Shown here: one piece after another, positions 9,111-18,863 of the stretch | Position numbering within the stretch: the first letter of the stretch is position 1 | Layout: every line of letters starts with the position of its first letter | DNA from: a virus | Lineage: Duplodnaviria; Caudoviricetes | Direction: 5' to 3' (one strand) | IMG/VR virus record: IMGVR_UViG_3300031953_000007 | Coordinates: 1-62,289 of that record | DNA length: 62,289 nt | Notes under the pieces: model-generated | The model's database searches: none | Told to the model about the DNA's origin: nothing | What the model saw: the letters and a program-made list of their open reading frames with translations, nothing else | Program-made: the position numbers and the translations under genes

Positions 9111-9381
9111 CTACGTCGAGCGAAAATACATCATTAGAATTAAGGTGGTAGTTCATATGGGGTCCTGAGATAGTCATAGGGGTATTTATAGCCTCAGACT
9201 CGAACTTAATCTTCATACCTTCAAAAAACATAGTCCCATAAATAAAAGGCACTGGTATCTTATATTCTATGTCGTAGGCTAGAGTAACTCCGTGCATAGT
9301 ATCTATGCGGCAAGTAGCTTCGGTACTAATCAGCCTGACTCTTATTGTTTTGGGCAAAAACGACTCTAGAACTAGCTCCAT
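9091..9381 (-). CDS. Hypothetical protein
   Basis: AT-rich ORF in operon orientation. Confidence 0.45.
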   Translation of the reverse strand: MELVLESFLPKTIRVRLISTEATCRIDTMHGVTLAYDIEYKIPVPFIYGTMFFEGMKIKFESEAINTPMTISGPHMNYHLNSNDVFSLDVVVQKNA

Positions 9382-9508
9382 TGCTTCGCCACCTATCATC
9401 GTGTTTAGGGCACCACTTTTTTACGTATCCGCCTACTTCGTAATCTTTACGGACGGACTCGGTGTTCATTCGTGTAGCAATGACGCATCCACATTTGAGA
9501 GTGCTCAT
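9326..9508 (-). CDS. Small hypothetical protein
   Basis: Start overlaps upstream stop; CGC...CPKH. Confidence 0.45.
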   Translation of the reverse strand: MSTLKCGCVIATRMNTESVRKDYEVGGYVKKWCPKHDDRWRSNGASSRVVFAQNNKSQAD

Positions 9509-9840
9509 TTACCCAGTAGCTCAGCAACTTTTTTATCACACGGACTGTCAAGAGCAGGAAAAACTCCAGTCCTAATACAGGCTTCAAACACTTTGAGCAT
9601 AGTGCGCATTTCGTCGCGCTCGTTTTTAAAGCGCCCCATGTGTCCGCGGTAGCTGGCAGAACGGCGCTTTTCTTGAGCCAGCTCAGCGGCCCTACTGTTT
9701 TCTTGGGTTTTGTTCCGGCCTTCTACAGCGTCAGCAATTCGTAATATGGCGCCAAGCTGTACTTGCAAAAGGGATAATCTCCCCGGTTGGTCAGTACCGT
9801 AGTTTTTACGGGACTCTTCTTTATAGCTAGTATGTGTCAT
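9505..9840 (-). CDS. Hypothetical protein
   Basis: ATGA coupling with upstream gene. Confidence 0.55.
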   Translation of the reverse strand: MTHTSYKEESRKNYGTDQPGRLSLLQVQLGAILRIADAVEGRNKTQENSRAAELAQEKRRSASYRGHMGRFKNERDEMRTMLKVFEACIRTGVFPALDSPCDKKVAELLGK

Positions 9841-10226
9841 TTAGGGAACTCCAAAGTTTCTTCGAAAGTCTTTTTCCTGTCAATTCCTCCGCAGCTTGCG
9901 ATATACAGCATCAGTTCTTTTAAAGGCACGTAACTGTAAACTTCAGGGGCAGGGTCGCCGTACTTACCAAACACGTCGGGTGGTAGTTCTATTTCTGACA
10001 TAACTTCGACGTGTGTGTAGCTGTCAGAAGCTGCAGCAGGGCGAGAATATATCCAAAGCCCTGCTTGAACAGACAGCCATGAACCATCCATAAGGTACAG
10101 TCGCGGCATGCTGAGTATTCTTTCGATTGTCATTACGCCGAAACGGGTTTGCGTAGGTCGCGCACCAAGCATTTTGTCCAAGGACATTGCTTTGAATTCT
10201 TCGGGGATAGTGTAATCGTGAATCAT
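9837..10226 (-). CDS. Hypothetical protein
   Basis: ATGA coupling. Confidence 0.55.
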   Translation of the reverse strand: MIHDYTIPEEFKAMSLDKMLGARPTQTRFGVMTIERILSMPRLYLMDGSWLSVQAGLWIYSRPAAASDSYTHVEVMSEIELPPDVFGKYGDPAPEVYSYVPLKELMLYIASCGGIDRKKTFEETLEFPK

Positions 10227-10930
10227 TGAATACCTACCTTACAGTGGCCGGTGCCTTTTGGGCCGTACGGGCACCATTTGCAATTGAACATGTTGGGTTT
10301 GGCTGGGAACTCAGTGCGGTCGGTAAAAGCATGCCCGCGGCGATCCCATACGGGGAACGTCATCATCCCGCGCTCGCGAGTGTAGGTTGTCTGGGATATG
10401 TCATTGGTGTCTAGGTACCACAGTTCTGTGTGGATAGTTTCCAAGTCTGGGTACCGTAGAAACGCAGCCAGCTGGTACAACTGACACTGTTCTGCGTGCT
10501 TAATCTCGTTGCCGTATTTTTTGCCAGTCTTGTAGTCAATAACAACGGCTTCAGTAGGGTTTAGAAACACCAGTGCGTCGAGCTTAATACGGGCCCATGC
10601 GTCACGAGAACGCCACTCGACAGGTTCCCAGTCTTTGTTAAAGCCCCACTCGCCTTCCAGAGAGACTTTGCCGTCTTTGTACAACGCGCTAAGCACTTGA
10701 AACTCAGGTGCGTAGTTCTCCATTTCAGGCAAAAACAACCCAGTGCCTTGAACATACAGCTCGGCGCCGTTATGGACTCGGTTACCACGCTCATTGGCTT
10801 GTTCAGTTTTCCCGGGCGGTAGGTCTCGTTGAGGTTCTGGAATTCTGTCAGCGAACGCCAGCCGCGCACGGTACGGGCACTGCTCGCCTATGATCAGACG
10901 AGAAAAACTCCAAGCCGATAAACGTGACAT
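10223..10930 (-). CDS. Cas4/RecB-like PD-(D/E)XK exonuclease
   Basis: WSFSRL...CP, KLD...IDYKTG, QLY, CKWCPY...C (probable Fe-S cysteines). Confidence 0.8.
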   Translation of the reverse strand: MSRLSAWSFSRLIIGEQCPYRARLAFADRIPEPQRDLPPGKTEQANERGNRVHNGAELYVQGTGLFLPEMENYAPEFQVLSALYKDGKVSLEGEWGFNKDWEPVEWRSRDAWARIKLDALVFLNPTEAVVIDYKTGKKYGNEIKHAEQCQLYQLAAFLRYPDLETIHTELWYLDTNDISQTTYTRERGMMTFPVWDRRGHAFTDRTEFPAKPNMFNCKWCPYGPKGTGHCKVGIQ

Positions 10931-10961
10931 AAAAATCTCCGCAAAAAGAGAAGTTATGATA

Positions 10962-11966
10962 TCACAAGGAGTTTTCTAAGGCTTCTCTTGCTTGCTCCTG
11001 AGTTATTTTCCTGTAGAAATCAGCTCCGTACGCTTGCCGCATTGCCGGTTTTATACGGATTAGCGCGGCTTCAAAGTCCTGATATTTTCGCATTGGGGGC
11101 GTTTCATTGTATTCCTTGAGTCTTTTGTTTACGCGAGCGGTGGTGTCTTTTATGAAAGTAGTTACGTGGGCTTCCAAATTTGCATGGTCAAGAAAAGCCG
11201 ATTCTTGCTGAGGGCGTAAAAACTCTGTGTGTATTTGATGAAACCCAATAACAGCGGCCAGCGAATCTAAGGACTCAGTTTCTGCGTTAACTAACAGCTT
11301 TAAAGCGTGCGAAGCCACGCTCTGCGAATACCCGCCGTGAAAATAAGACCCTAGATACGACGATCTAGCGACTAGCTCTCGTAGCGAATTTTGGTTACCC
11401 TCGCTAGAACGCCCTGCAACTATGTTTTTAGCCAGAGTTTCTGGCGTCATTGAAAAACTTGCGCCTAGTTTGGCCCGAGTTTTGAGCATGTGGCGTTTTT
11501 CACGGATCAGTTTGTTCAGCGCTTTTCGCTTTTCAGGGTCGTAATCCAGTATTTGAGGAGCTGCAACTGCTGTAAAACCAACGCCCCACTCATAAGTAGC
11601 GGGGAATGGAGTCACTACTTGGTGGTTGTCGCTGGCTTGTACTTTTAGCCCTGAACTAAAAGGGGTCCCTGAAAGTGAACGTACGACAATATTGAACACG
11701 TTTAAAATAACGTCGCCGTGCAGCTGAGTAAAATACTTTGTCATTACAAAACGTTCTGGCGTAATTATAGCCAAAATAAGTGAGTTTTCAGGGACAAAAC
11801 CCGCCTTGTCAAAAACTTGACGCATAGTGTGTGCTGGGCGGTAACAAGTCAGGACGTTTGCGCTCGCATCGTAATGCAGGTACTCAGAGCTCCCAATCTT
11901 TTTGCCTTTTTTCTGAACGCCGGCACGGGACGCGATCTTTTTTAGCTGTTCGAATGAATGAATCAT
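10962..11966 (-). CDS. Hypothetical protein
   Basis: 334-aa ORF with GAGG RBS. Confidence 0.6.
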   Translation of the reverse strand: MIHSFEQLKKIASRAGVQKKGKKIGSSEYLHYDASANVLTCYRPAHTMRQVFDKAGFVPENSLILAIITPERFVMTKYFTQLHGDVILNVFNIVVRSLSGTPFSSGLKVQASDNHQVVTPFPATYEWGVGFTAVAAPQILDYDPEKRKALNKLIREKRHMLKTRAKLGASFSMTPETLAKNIVAGRSSEGNQNSLRELVARSSYLGSYFHGGYSQSVASHALKLLVNAETESLDSLAAVIGFHQIHTEFLRPQQESAFLDHANLEAHVTTFIKDTTARVNKRLKEYNETPPMRKYQDFEAALIRIKPAMRQAYGADFYRKITQEQAREALENSL

Positions 11967-12350
11967 GTAAACCTCGTTTATTCTGGCGTGCTTTGTAAGC
12001 TGTCAGGATGAACTGCAAATGCAGCAACTGCTGCGCTACGAAGATGCCCTCGAATTGCTTCAAGTTTTTCTTCAAGTGTTGTGATGCGAGCGTCACGCCA
12101 ATCAGGCATTTTTTCTGCTTTAAAAGCAGTCTCTACAGACTCGTCACTTACGTAAGACAGTTCCGAAAACCCAGAAAGTGAGTACCCAATTAACTGCGCA
12201 AACTGTTCGCGGTCTTCGTTAGAAAAGTCTTCACGCGCCAAATCATTAAGGTCTTTTCCGCCATTATCCAGCAGCCATCTGACCATATCGTTTTTTACAA
12301 AACGATTGTCTTCCACTTTTTGCATAGGGTGTTTCATGTAAACCTCGTTT
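11963..12350. repeat. 17-bp direct repeat flanking one gene
   Basis: TCATGTAAACCTCGTTT at 11963-11979 and 12334-12350. Confidence 0.85.
11978..12337 (-). CDS. Hypothetical protein
   Basis: RF..N..VR.LLD.G..DLN...EQFAQLIGYSLSGF.ELSYV, a pattern common in phage proteins. Confidence 0.65.
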   Translation of the reverse strand: MKHPMQKVEDNRFVKNDMVRWLLDNGGKDLNDLAREDFSNEDREQFAQLIGYSLSGFSELSYVSDESVETAFKAEKMPDWRDARITTLEEKLEAIRGHLRSAAVAAFAVHPDSLQSTPE

Positions 12351-12817
12351 TAGCAGTCGAACCAATAGATAACTCGGTAATTGTTGATAGTTTCTGGGCT
12401 GAACCCTTCTTGGTGCACAGACAAAGGCAGATTTTGCAATTTACGCTGGGCAGTTAGCCCAGCTGGCTGAGTAGCATGGGCGTGGGCGTTGAAAAAATCT
12501 TCTAAGGAGCAATGCCCTAAGCTGTGAGAATCCCCGTCGCAGGTAGCCTCAACAGCTAATTCAGTAGCTTGGTCAGGCAAACCCGGCGTGCCAAAAGGCC
12601 CGTGTACAGGTGATCTACGCACATCGGCTAGTTCCCCAAAAAAGTTGTAATCCCTGTCAGAAAAGTTGTCCCAAAACTCACAATGAGTATCGGGCACAGC
12701 TTTATCTGGAAACCCCGGAAGATGCTGGCCGTAGCGCCCATCAGAGGCGTAAATTTTCACGTATTTGTTTTGGTATTCGTGCTTACCTTCGATAACAAAA
12801 TGAATGTCGCAGCCCAC
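12350..12817 (-). CDS. Conserved phage hypothetical protein (MGCDIH family)
   Basis: MGCDIH...RDY.FF..LA.VR...GLP...HS...RVIYWFD. Confidence 0.65.
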   Translation of the reverse strand: MGCDIHFVIEGKHEYQNKYVKIYASDGRYGQHLPGFPDKAVPDTHCEFWDNFSDRDYNFFGELADVRRSPVHGPFGTPGLPDQATELAVEATCDGDSHSLGHCSLEDFFNAHAHATQPAGLTAQRKLQNLPLSVHQEGFSPETINNYRVIYWFDC

Positions 12818-12830
12818 GTCGAGTTACTCC

Positions 12831-13994
12831 TTATTTTGCAATGATCAAATGCTCACCGATAGGCGGCACAACGTCGTAGTTGTCGATGCACCACATGGTT
12901 GGAAAGTCAGGCTCGTCAGGAAACGGTCCGTAGCCGTCTGTCAGATAAACGGCGCACTTAGGCACGATGTTATTGTCCTCTAGCCACTTAAACGGTGGCC
13001 GGAAGTCAGTGCCGCCGCCGCCGTGCAGCTTGAACTTAATGTCGTCGTCCGGACCAAACTGGTCAACATGCTGGACTCGTGCATCGCAGTAAATCACGTA
13101 GGTGGTCACGGGACGCAGCTCGCGAATAACACCAAGTGCCTCGGAAGCGAATACGTCGAGCTCTTCCTGACCAACGGAACAGGAAGTGTCGATCATAATG
13201 GCTATGTCACCGGTGCCTTCGGACTCACGGCTTGGCAAATACAAGCCTTGTGAGATAAACCGGCGATTGCCACGGCGCCAAGAGAAGTCGTCGTTGGCCC
13301 GCTCGGTCATAAAGCGACGCAGAATGTCTTTCCACGGCAATATAGGCTCGAAAATATCCTGCATCATGCGCTCGATGTCCGCCGGCAGGTTACCGGCTTG
13401 CTTAGCGACGTGAGCAGCTTGAGCTACTGCAGTCTTCCACTCGGATTCTTCGGCGCGCTGCTGTGATTGCGTACCTCCCGAGTTCTGGCTTTCTGGGCTG
13501 TCGTTTACTCCGCCGTCGTCGCCTTGACCCTGGCCCTGGCCTTGGCCATCGCCTTCGCCTTCGCCTTCGCCTTTACCGTCGCCCTTATCGTCATTGTCTT
13601 CTACAGGGATGAGCGTGTAGATGTGCTCGGCGGTCATGCCCCGGTATTGAGCGTCGTTGTATTTACCGGTGGGCAAGTCGAACCCAGCATCTGTTAACAG
13701 GCCGTTGATTGAATGGTCGCATGCCTCGTTCCAGCGCTTCTTGTCGCGCGCTCCACGGCGTGTATGGTGGAGCATGGCCGGATGCATGACCAGATGCGCG
13801 ACCATGCCAGTAACCTTGCTGAGGGGCGCCTTATTTACCCATTCTGGGTTATAACGAATGATCTGGCCGTCTGTGTCGCCATGCTCAACGTCAGTGGACT
13901 CTTCCAGCTTCATACGAAGTGCCAGAGAGCCAAAGAACGGTTGGGCCATGATCAGGTTAGCCCGGGCTTTTGCCATCTTTGTGTTAATCGCCAT
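12831..13994 (-). CDS. DUF2201-type metallopeptidase-like plus VWA domain protein
   Basis: TDG..I.YNP, HLVMH...H..RR, G-rich linker, MIDAS-like DTSCS, GGGGTDF.P, YLTDGYG. Confidence 0.8.
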   Translation of the reverse strand: MAINTKMAKARANLIMAQPFFGSLALRMKLEESTDVEHGDTDGQIIRYNPEWVNKAPLSKVTGMVAHLVMHPAMLHHTRRGARDKKRWNEACDHSINGLLTDAGFDLPTGKYNDAQYRGMTAEHIYTLIPVEDNDDKGDGKGEGEGEGDGQGQGQGQGDDGGVNDSPESQNSGGTQSQQRAEESEWKTAVAQAAHVAKQAGNLPADIERMMQDIFEPILPWKDILRRFMTERANDDFSWRRGNRRFISQGLYLPSRESEGTGDIAIMIDTSCSVGQEELDVFASEALGVIRELRPVTTYVIYCDARVQHVDQFGPDDDIKFKLHGGGGTDFRPPFKWLEDNNIVPKCAVYLTDGYGPFPDEPDFPTMWCIDNYDVVPPIGEHLIIAK

Positions 13995-14835
13995 GTTTTA
14001 CTCCAGAATTTGCCAGTATTACGTTGAGTTTGTCAGCTATTTCTCTACGAAACGTAGAGCTAAGCCGAATTTTGTCAGCGCTTACGTCCTGCATAGTGCT
14101 GATCACTGCGTTGGCCAAGAATGTGACTTCTGGGTCATCGTTGATGTTCAGGTCGTTGGCCAGATTAGCCATGTCAGGAACAGCTGTGACAGTCGTTTCA
14201 AAAACGCTACGCGATGGTGTTTTCAAAGCTTGATGCAATAGCTGAACACGGTCGCGTATCCGCGTAATCAAAGCTTGTGACGCCTTATCCATCGCAGAGC
14301 CAACTGACGCTCGTGCCTGTTCACGCAGAGCTTCCATATCGTTTTCGGACACGCTGTCGATTCGAAAATCCTCAACTTCTGGGAACGGGGTAATATTGAG
14401 CTCAACACCAAAGTGGTTTTTAAGTCCCTGCTGACTAGGGTACTGAGTCTCGTCAAACAAGCCTTTCTTGGACTGCTTGGCGTGCTCAACCCAACGTGGA
14501 TAATTATCGACAAACAACTGCACTGAGCGGTCGAAATCATCACGGAGAGAGCTGAGCTGAGTCATAAATTTCAGGTATGACTTTGAAGGTAGAACTCGGA
14601 TGCCGTTGTCTTGCCACGGCAACGTGTTTTTGCTGATAAAGTCTCGGATATCCCGGGCGTTTCTGCGGATCGCTTGAAAAGCTGCCGGGGGCAGTAGATT
14701 CTTGACGTAAGAATCGTAGGTGTCTTGAACACCGTATTTTGCGGCTACTTCATTCGCTACGTTGTCGTCGACATAGCGTCCGCGCCACTGACTGATAGTC
14801 ACATGGACGAGGACGGCTCGGTTATTTAGTGCCAT
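13984..14835 (-). CDS. Helical hypothetical protein (DUF3150-like) of the AAA/VWA module
   Basis: TLPW...G.R.LP, F...YP motifs; adjacent to the VWA gene. Confidence 0.55.
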   Translation of the reverse strand: MALNNRAVLVHVTISQWRGRYVDDNVANEVAAKYGVQDTYDSYVKNLLPPAAFQAIRRNARDIRDFISKNTLPWQDNGIRVLPSKSYLKFMTQLSSLRDDFDRSVQLFVDNYPRWVEHAKQSKKGLFDETQYPSQQGLKNHFGVELNITPFPEVEDFRIDSVSENDMEALREQARASVGSAMDKASQALITRIRDRVQLLHQALKTPSRSVFETTVTAVPDMANLANDLNINDDPEVTFLANAVISTMQDVSADKIRLSSTFRREIADKLNVILANSGVKHGD

Positions 14836-15451
14836 AAATCATCCGCTCCTTAGCTAAGCTAGCTTTTATAGAATCGTCGATGTTGATTTCTTGAACGATG
14901 TTTTTTCGTTTTTCTGTAACCTCGCGGTGTTTGCGTACAACGTATTCCGGCATAAAATCTATGGCAGAAGGCCACAGCTCGAGCACTTGGCGCAGTGTGC
15001 TGCACTTATTCATTACGCCAGCACACAAGGTTTCTTGTAGATTGGCGTATTCGTCGTTGATCGATTTTACCCGCGCAAAAATCTTTTCCATGTGCGCGTA
15101 GAGTTCCGGATATTTGTCCTCAGTAACCCTTACGTCTGGCTGAAAATAAGTCGCCGAATATTTTTGGGGGACGTAAACACTTTCATGGAGCACAACCTGA
15201 ATGCTGCCGGAACCTGTGCGGAGCCCAAAATTCTTCCGTGAAAAAACCCAGTCGTAGTGCTCCGGATCGCTTTTGCTTATTTCATTGACCGCAGTTTCTA
15301 CTACGTCAAAAAGCATTTCTTTTTTGACTGCTGCTGTACACAACGCGACGTCTAAGCTGGCTATTTGAGTTGCCACTCGACTGGCCCGCATGTGTTCAAA
15401 TTTCTGTCTTACATGCTGCTTTATATGTTGTGAAATCCTGACAGTTGCCAT
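14822..15451 (-). CDS. Hypothetical protein (possible Nmad5-like C-terminus)
   Basis: TLRQVLELWP motif near the C-terminus. Confidence 0.5.
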   Translation of the reverse strand: MATVRISQHIKQHVRQKFEHMRASRVATQIASLDVALCTAAVKKEMLFDVVETAVNEISKSDPEHYDWVFSRKNFGLRTGSGSIQVVLHESVYVPQKYSATYFQPDVRVTEDKYPELYAHMEKIFARVKSINDEYANLQETLCAGVMNKCSTLRQVLELWPSAIDFMPEYVVRKHREVTEKRKNIVQEINIDDSIKASLAKERMIYGTK

Positions 15452-15453
15452 GA

Positions 15454-15834
15454 TCACCATCCTTTTAATTTACGGGCGGATAAGACTTTCAATGCTTTCT
15501 GAGAAAGTAAGCAGCCTTGATCCGCAGTTGCTTGGATAACTTCAAAAAGCTTGTCTTGGGTTTGGTAAGGCCCATATCTACCGCGAATCCAAGATCCGCC
15601 ATCAAGGGCCCATGCATAGTTTTTTCTTACCGCCAGCTCGTTATAAGCACCCATCCATCGAGGTTCCATAAACGCCCGGTAGTGGAGATCACTATCCGGG
15701 GCTTTCTGTTCGAGATGGATCAGAACACCAAGGATGGTGTAGAAAGGGCCATTAAATCTAAGCGAAAAAGCGCCGTTCGAAAGCTGCCAGCCTTCGCTGT
15801 AGGCTAGCGCTTTATCCTCTTCTGTCCATTTCAT
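15454..15834 (-). CDS. Hypothetical protein with internal duplication
   Basis: Two W.......A....W.L units. Confidence 0.55.
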   Translation of the reverse strand: MKWTEEDKALAYSEGWQLSNGAFSLRFNGPFYTILGVLIHLEQKAPDSDLHYRAFMEPRWMGAYNELAVRKNYAWALDGGSWIRGRYGPYQTQDKLFEVIQATADQGCLLSQKALKVLSARKLKGW

Positions 15835-15841
15835 GGCGGAC

Positions 15842-16867
15842 TCAGTACATGATGTGGGCGTTCTTCAGTGACCAGTCTGTGAAAGCGCGTGTCTCGCTAA
15901 GGGATTCATCACGGGTGACGACGTCTTTCATGAGCAGCACTTGGAACTCAGCAGGCATGCGACCGGTGTACTGGACCACACGCTCCATGTTGTCTTCGGT
16001 TGCTTTGGACGCAAGGCCAGTAGCCATTGCATAAAGCATTGCGGGCTCTTCAGGTACTGGCGCTTTGCCGGGGTTCATCAGGACGGTGTCCAGATTGGGC
16101 AGGTTGCGGTGGTACTTCATGTAGCCAATGAACTCGGCGGCTGCGCCTTCGCCAATAATGCCTGAGTACAGCTCGTGCTCAATAGAGGGGTCAGGGCCAG
16201 CCTGCACAATATTGGACAGGAACTCGTACGAGCGCGGAGTAGCGAATGCCTGAGCATCTTTCAGACGCTGCATGCGATCACGCTCTTCTTTTGAGTCGTT
16301 ACGCGCCTCAAATTCGTTGAGCAACAATGGACGGAAACGGATGAAACCAATGATCTCGGTTGCAACGTTGGACTTAAGCGCCCAAGTGCACCAGTCGTCG
16401 TTGCTAACTTCGAAGTTCAAGTGAACGAACCGGTTTTTCAAAGCAGTCGACATCTGGTTAACGATTGCGCGGTCGGACGTACGGTTACCAGCAGCTACGA
16501 TGGTCCAGCCGTCTGGGAGCTCATAATCACCGAGCTTACGATCAAGCACCAGCTGGTATGCAGCAGCTTGGGTTGCCTGAGCAGCTGAGTTGATCTCGTC
16601 AAGAAACAAAATGCCGCGGCCTGAAGTAGGCAGGAAGTCGGGCACGTTCCAGATGGTCTTGCGGGTCTTGTTGTCGACGCTGGGCACACCACGCAAGTCA
16701 ACTGGGTCAAGCTGGCTCAGCCGTAGATCGATCATTTCCATGTTGTGCTTGTCGGCTACCTGTTTGACGATCTGAGACTTACCAACGCCCGGGGATCCGT
16801 GGATCATGGCTGGTTGGTTGGTACGTACACAAACATCAAGAGCGGCGACTAATTGGGTAGGATGCAT
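15842..16867 (-). CDS. MoxR-like AAA+ ATPase
   Basis: GSPGVGKS, DLRG.P, LFLDEIN, AAGNR..D, ALKNRF, TPRS. Confidence 0.85.
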   Translation of the reverse strand: MHPTQLVAALDVCVRTNQPAMIHGSPGVGKSQIVKQVADKHNMEMIDLRLSQLDPVDLRGVPSVDNKTRKTIWNVPDFLPTSGRGILFLDEINSAAQATQAAAYQLVLDRKLGDYELPDGWTIVAAGNRTSDRAIVNQMSTALKNRFVHLNFEVSNDDWCTWALKSNVATEIIGFIRFRPLLLNEFEARNDSKEERDRMQRLKDAQAFATPRSYEFLSNIVQAGPDPSIEHELYSGIIGEGAAAEFIGYMKYHRNLPNLDTVLMNPGKAPVPEEPAMLYAMATGLASKATEDNMERVVQYTGRMPAEFQVLLMKDVVTRDESLSETRAFTDWSLKNAHIMY

Positions 16868-16903
16868 TTCATATCTCCGTGCATTTTAAGCATTTTGGGG
16901 GGT

Positions 16904-17086
16904 TTAGTGGGTGTAATTAACGTGATCTGGGCCGGGCGACACAATGTAACGAAGAGGCGGCGTTTCTTCGTGGTCATTCAGTTCGCGGCGCTTCATTTTT
17001 GCGATCTGTTTGTCTGCAAAATAGAGCCCGGGAACTGGGCGCTTGGTTTTGGTATCCGTAATTTGAAACAATCGTTTTTGTTCCAT
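16904..17086 (-). CDS. Small hypothetical protein
   Basis: F..K..AK..R.......VS.GPDH phage motif. Confidence 0.55.
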   Translation of the reverse strand: MEQKRLFQITDTKTKRPVPGLYFADKQIAKMKRRELNDHEETPPLRYIVSPGPDHVNYTH

Positions 17087-17097
17087 AATGAAGCCTG

Positions 17098-17451
17098 TTA
17101 GTGAGTGGTGGGTTTTAGTTCTTTGATCATCGTGATCAAATGCGGTGCAAGCTCTGCAATGGTCACGTCTACGTTGAACGATTGCTTTACTAGTTGCTGG
17201 ACCATTGTCGCAACAAGGTGCAGACCTTCGTCGCGGTTTTCTTTTATGAACCCAGATAGGAATTCGCTAAGCAGATTTGTCATTTGCTCTGCATCACCGT
17301 CGGCGATGTTTGACGCGTGAATTCCCATGGGCTTGCCTTCATCGTCGAGGGCAATTTTACCTCCGAGCAATACAAGCAGATCGATTTCGCCTTGCTCTAC
17401 ACGGGCGGCAAAATCTTTAAAGCTGGCTTTGGTATCTTTTTCTAAGCTCAT
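17098..17451 (-). CDS. Hypothetical protein
   Basis: ATG 17451 after GAGG. Confidence 0.55.
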   Translation of the reverse strand: MSLEKDTKASFKDFAARVEQGEIDLLVLLGGKIALDDEGKPMGIHASNIADGDAEQMTNLLSEFLSGFIKENRDEGLHLVATMVQQLVKQSFNVDVTIAELAPHLITMIKELKPTTH

Positions 17452-17461
17452 AACGCGTTCC

Positions 17462-17761
17462 TCAGTGCTTGGTGATTTTATCGAGCATGTTTTTGACTGT
17501 GTCTTTAACACTGTCGCCGCCAACTTTTTCTCCTTTGTTATTTCTAGTTTGGTCGATGGCATGCGCCATAACTAGAAGAAATACTGGGTCTTCTTTGATC
17601 AGGCGAACTAACGCGTTAGCTAGTTCTTCATGCAGATCTTCTTTTTCTCCACCAGCTAAAAACGCAGTGTTTTTCTCTGTAGAGACCAAGATAAAAGCGG
17701 ATTTAATCTCTTCTCCTTCTACTTTGTTAAGCATTTCTGTTATTTCTTTACGTAAGTTCAT
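17462..17761 (-). CDS. Hypothetical protein (probable paralogue of 17098..17451)
   Basis: ATGA coupling; similar layout. Confidence 0.55.
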   Translation of the reverse strand: MNLRKEITEMLNKVEGEEIKSAFILVSTEKNTAFLAGGEKEDLHEELANALVRLIKEDPVFLLVMAHAIDQTRNNKGEKVGGDSVKDTVKNMLDKITKH

Positions 17762-17925
17762 AAGTCACCTGTTGAATTGATTTCGATGTGTCGGCGTCTA
17801 GCTTCTTGCATCATTTGGTTTAAAAAATGCTCTTGCGGGTGAGCGCGCCCTTCGTTCCTAAATTTGTAAGTACTGCAGGTTCTAGACAGGCTATAAATTT
17901 GTGCGACGAGGGTCGGGTTGGACAT
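17758..17925 (-). CDS. Small hypothetical protein
   Basis: ATG 17925, operon position. Confidence 0.45.
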   Translation of the reverse strand: MSNPTLVAQIYSLSRTCSTYKFRNEGRAHPQEHFLNQMMQEARRRHIEINSTGDL

Positions 17926-18481
17926 TTTCGTTACGTCTGGCAAGCTCCTCCTCCATTACTTGAAGTGTTAGAAAAGACAGGCTTGTTTCTCCTGTCTGCA
18001 GTCTCACTCGCATTATTTGTTGTCTAAGATCCCTTACTACCATGTTGAGGTGTGAGTTAGTCAGGTCTTTAACCTTGAACATTGAGACCTTGTTTTGGAC
18101 ATCTACAGATCGCCATGCTAAATCTCTCATATCTAATTCTTCAGGTACTTTTACACCGAGAACAGCTTTGTATTCATCTATTCTGCGCAAAGCTTTTCCG
18201 AGTTCTTTTTGTAAACATACGTTTTTTCTTTGGAGAGCAGCGTTGGCATATTCCAAGTTGTTTAAGTAAAAACTCAGCTCGTCGGCGCTTTGATTAGTAA
18301 AAACACGGTAGATTGGTGTGAAGAATATGTTTGTTTCATTGCCGGTTTTTTCTGCTGTGTAGCTTCTTATGTTATGACGCTTCACACATAAGAAGTGGCG
18401 TTCTTCTCCGTCCCACCGGCCTAATTCACCCCTTCCGTTTCGATAATACGCGCCGTGCTTTAGTTCTCTTACATCAATCAT
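17891..18481 (-). CDS. Hypothetical protein
   Basis: ATG 18481; central coiled coil. Confidence 0.55.
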   Translation of the reverse strand: MIDVRELKHGAYYRNGRGELGRWDGEERHFLCVKRHNIRSYTAEKTGNETNIFFTPIYRVFTNQSADELSFYLNNLEYANAALQRKNVCLQKELGKALRRIDEYKAVLGVKVPEELDMRDLAWRSVDVQNKVSMFKVKDLTNSHLNMVVRDLRQQIMRVRLQTGETSLSFLTLQVMEEELARRNENVQPDPRRTNL

Positions 18482-18863
18482 TTTTAGGGGTCCTGTTCCA
18501 GATAAAACGTTTACCAAAGATCTGGATTCCGACAGTTTCTACGCGGTAAATCTCTATACATTTTTCAGGGTCCGGGTGTTTGTCAGCCCGACGCTGCATT
18601 TCTTTTGCAGAGATTCCGGGATCTTTGAGCATTGTGTAGCGATGTCCTTCTTCTAGATTATGCACGTAGATTCTTAGCACAGTACGCAAAACAGAGCTTT
18701 GTTCTTTGTTTAGCGCCCACCGTGCTGTTGTGTCAGCAAGCAAAGCGCTAATGAAACACAGCACAAAGAAAGCTAGCAATGAGTCTTCGGGAAGAAGCAC
18801 CCAGATCAAGGCGCATACAGATATGTGGAGAGTCCACTCTAAGACTTTGGCGTAGAGCTTCAT
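18474..18863 (-). CDS. Membrane protein (2 TM)
   Basis: ATGA-coupled to the primase stop; two hydrophobic helices. Confidence 0.55.
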   Translation of the reverse strand: MKLYAKVLEWTLHISVCALIWVLLPEDSLLAFFVLCFISALLADTTARWALNKEQSSVLRTVLRIYVHNLEEGHRYTMLKDPGISAKEMQRRADKHPDPEKCIEIYRVETVGIQIFGKRFIWNRTPKND

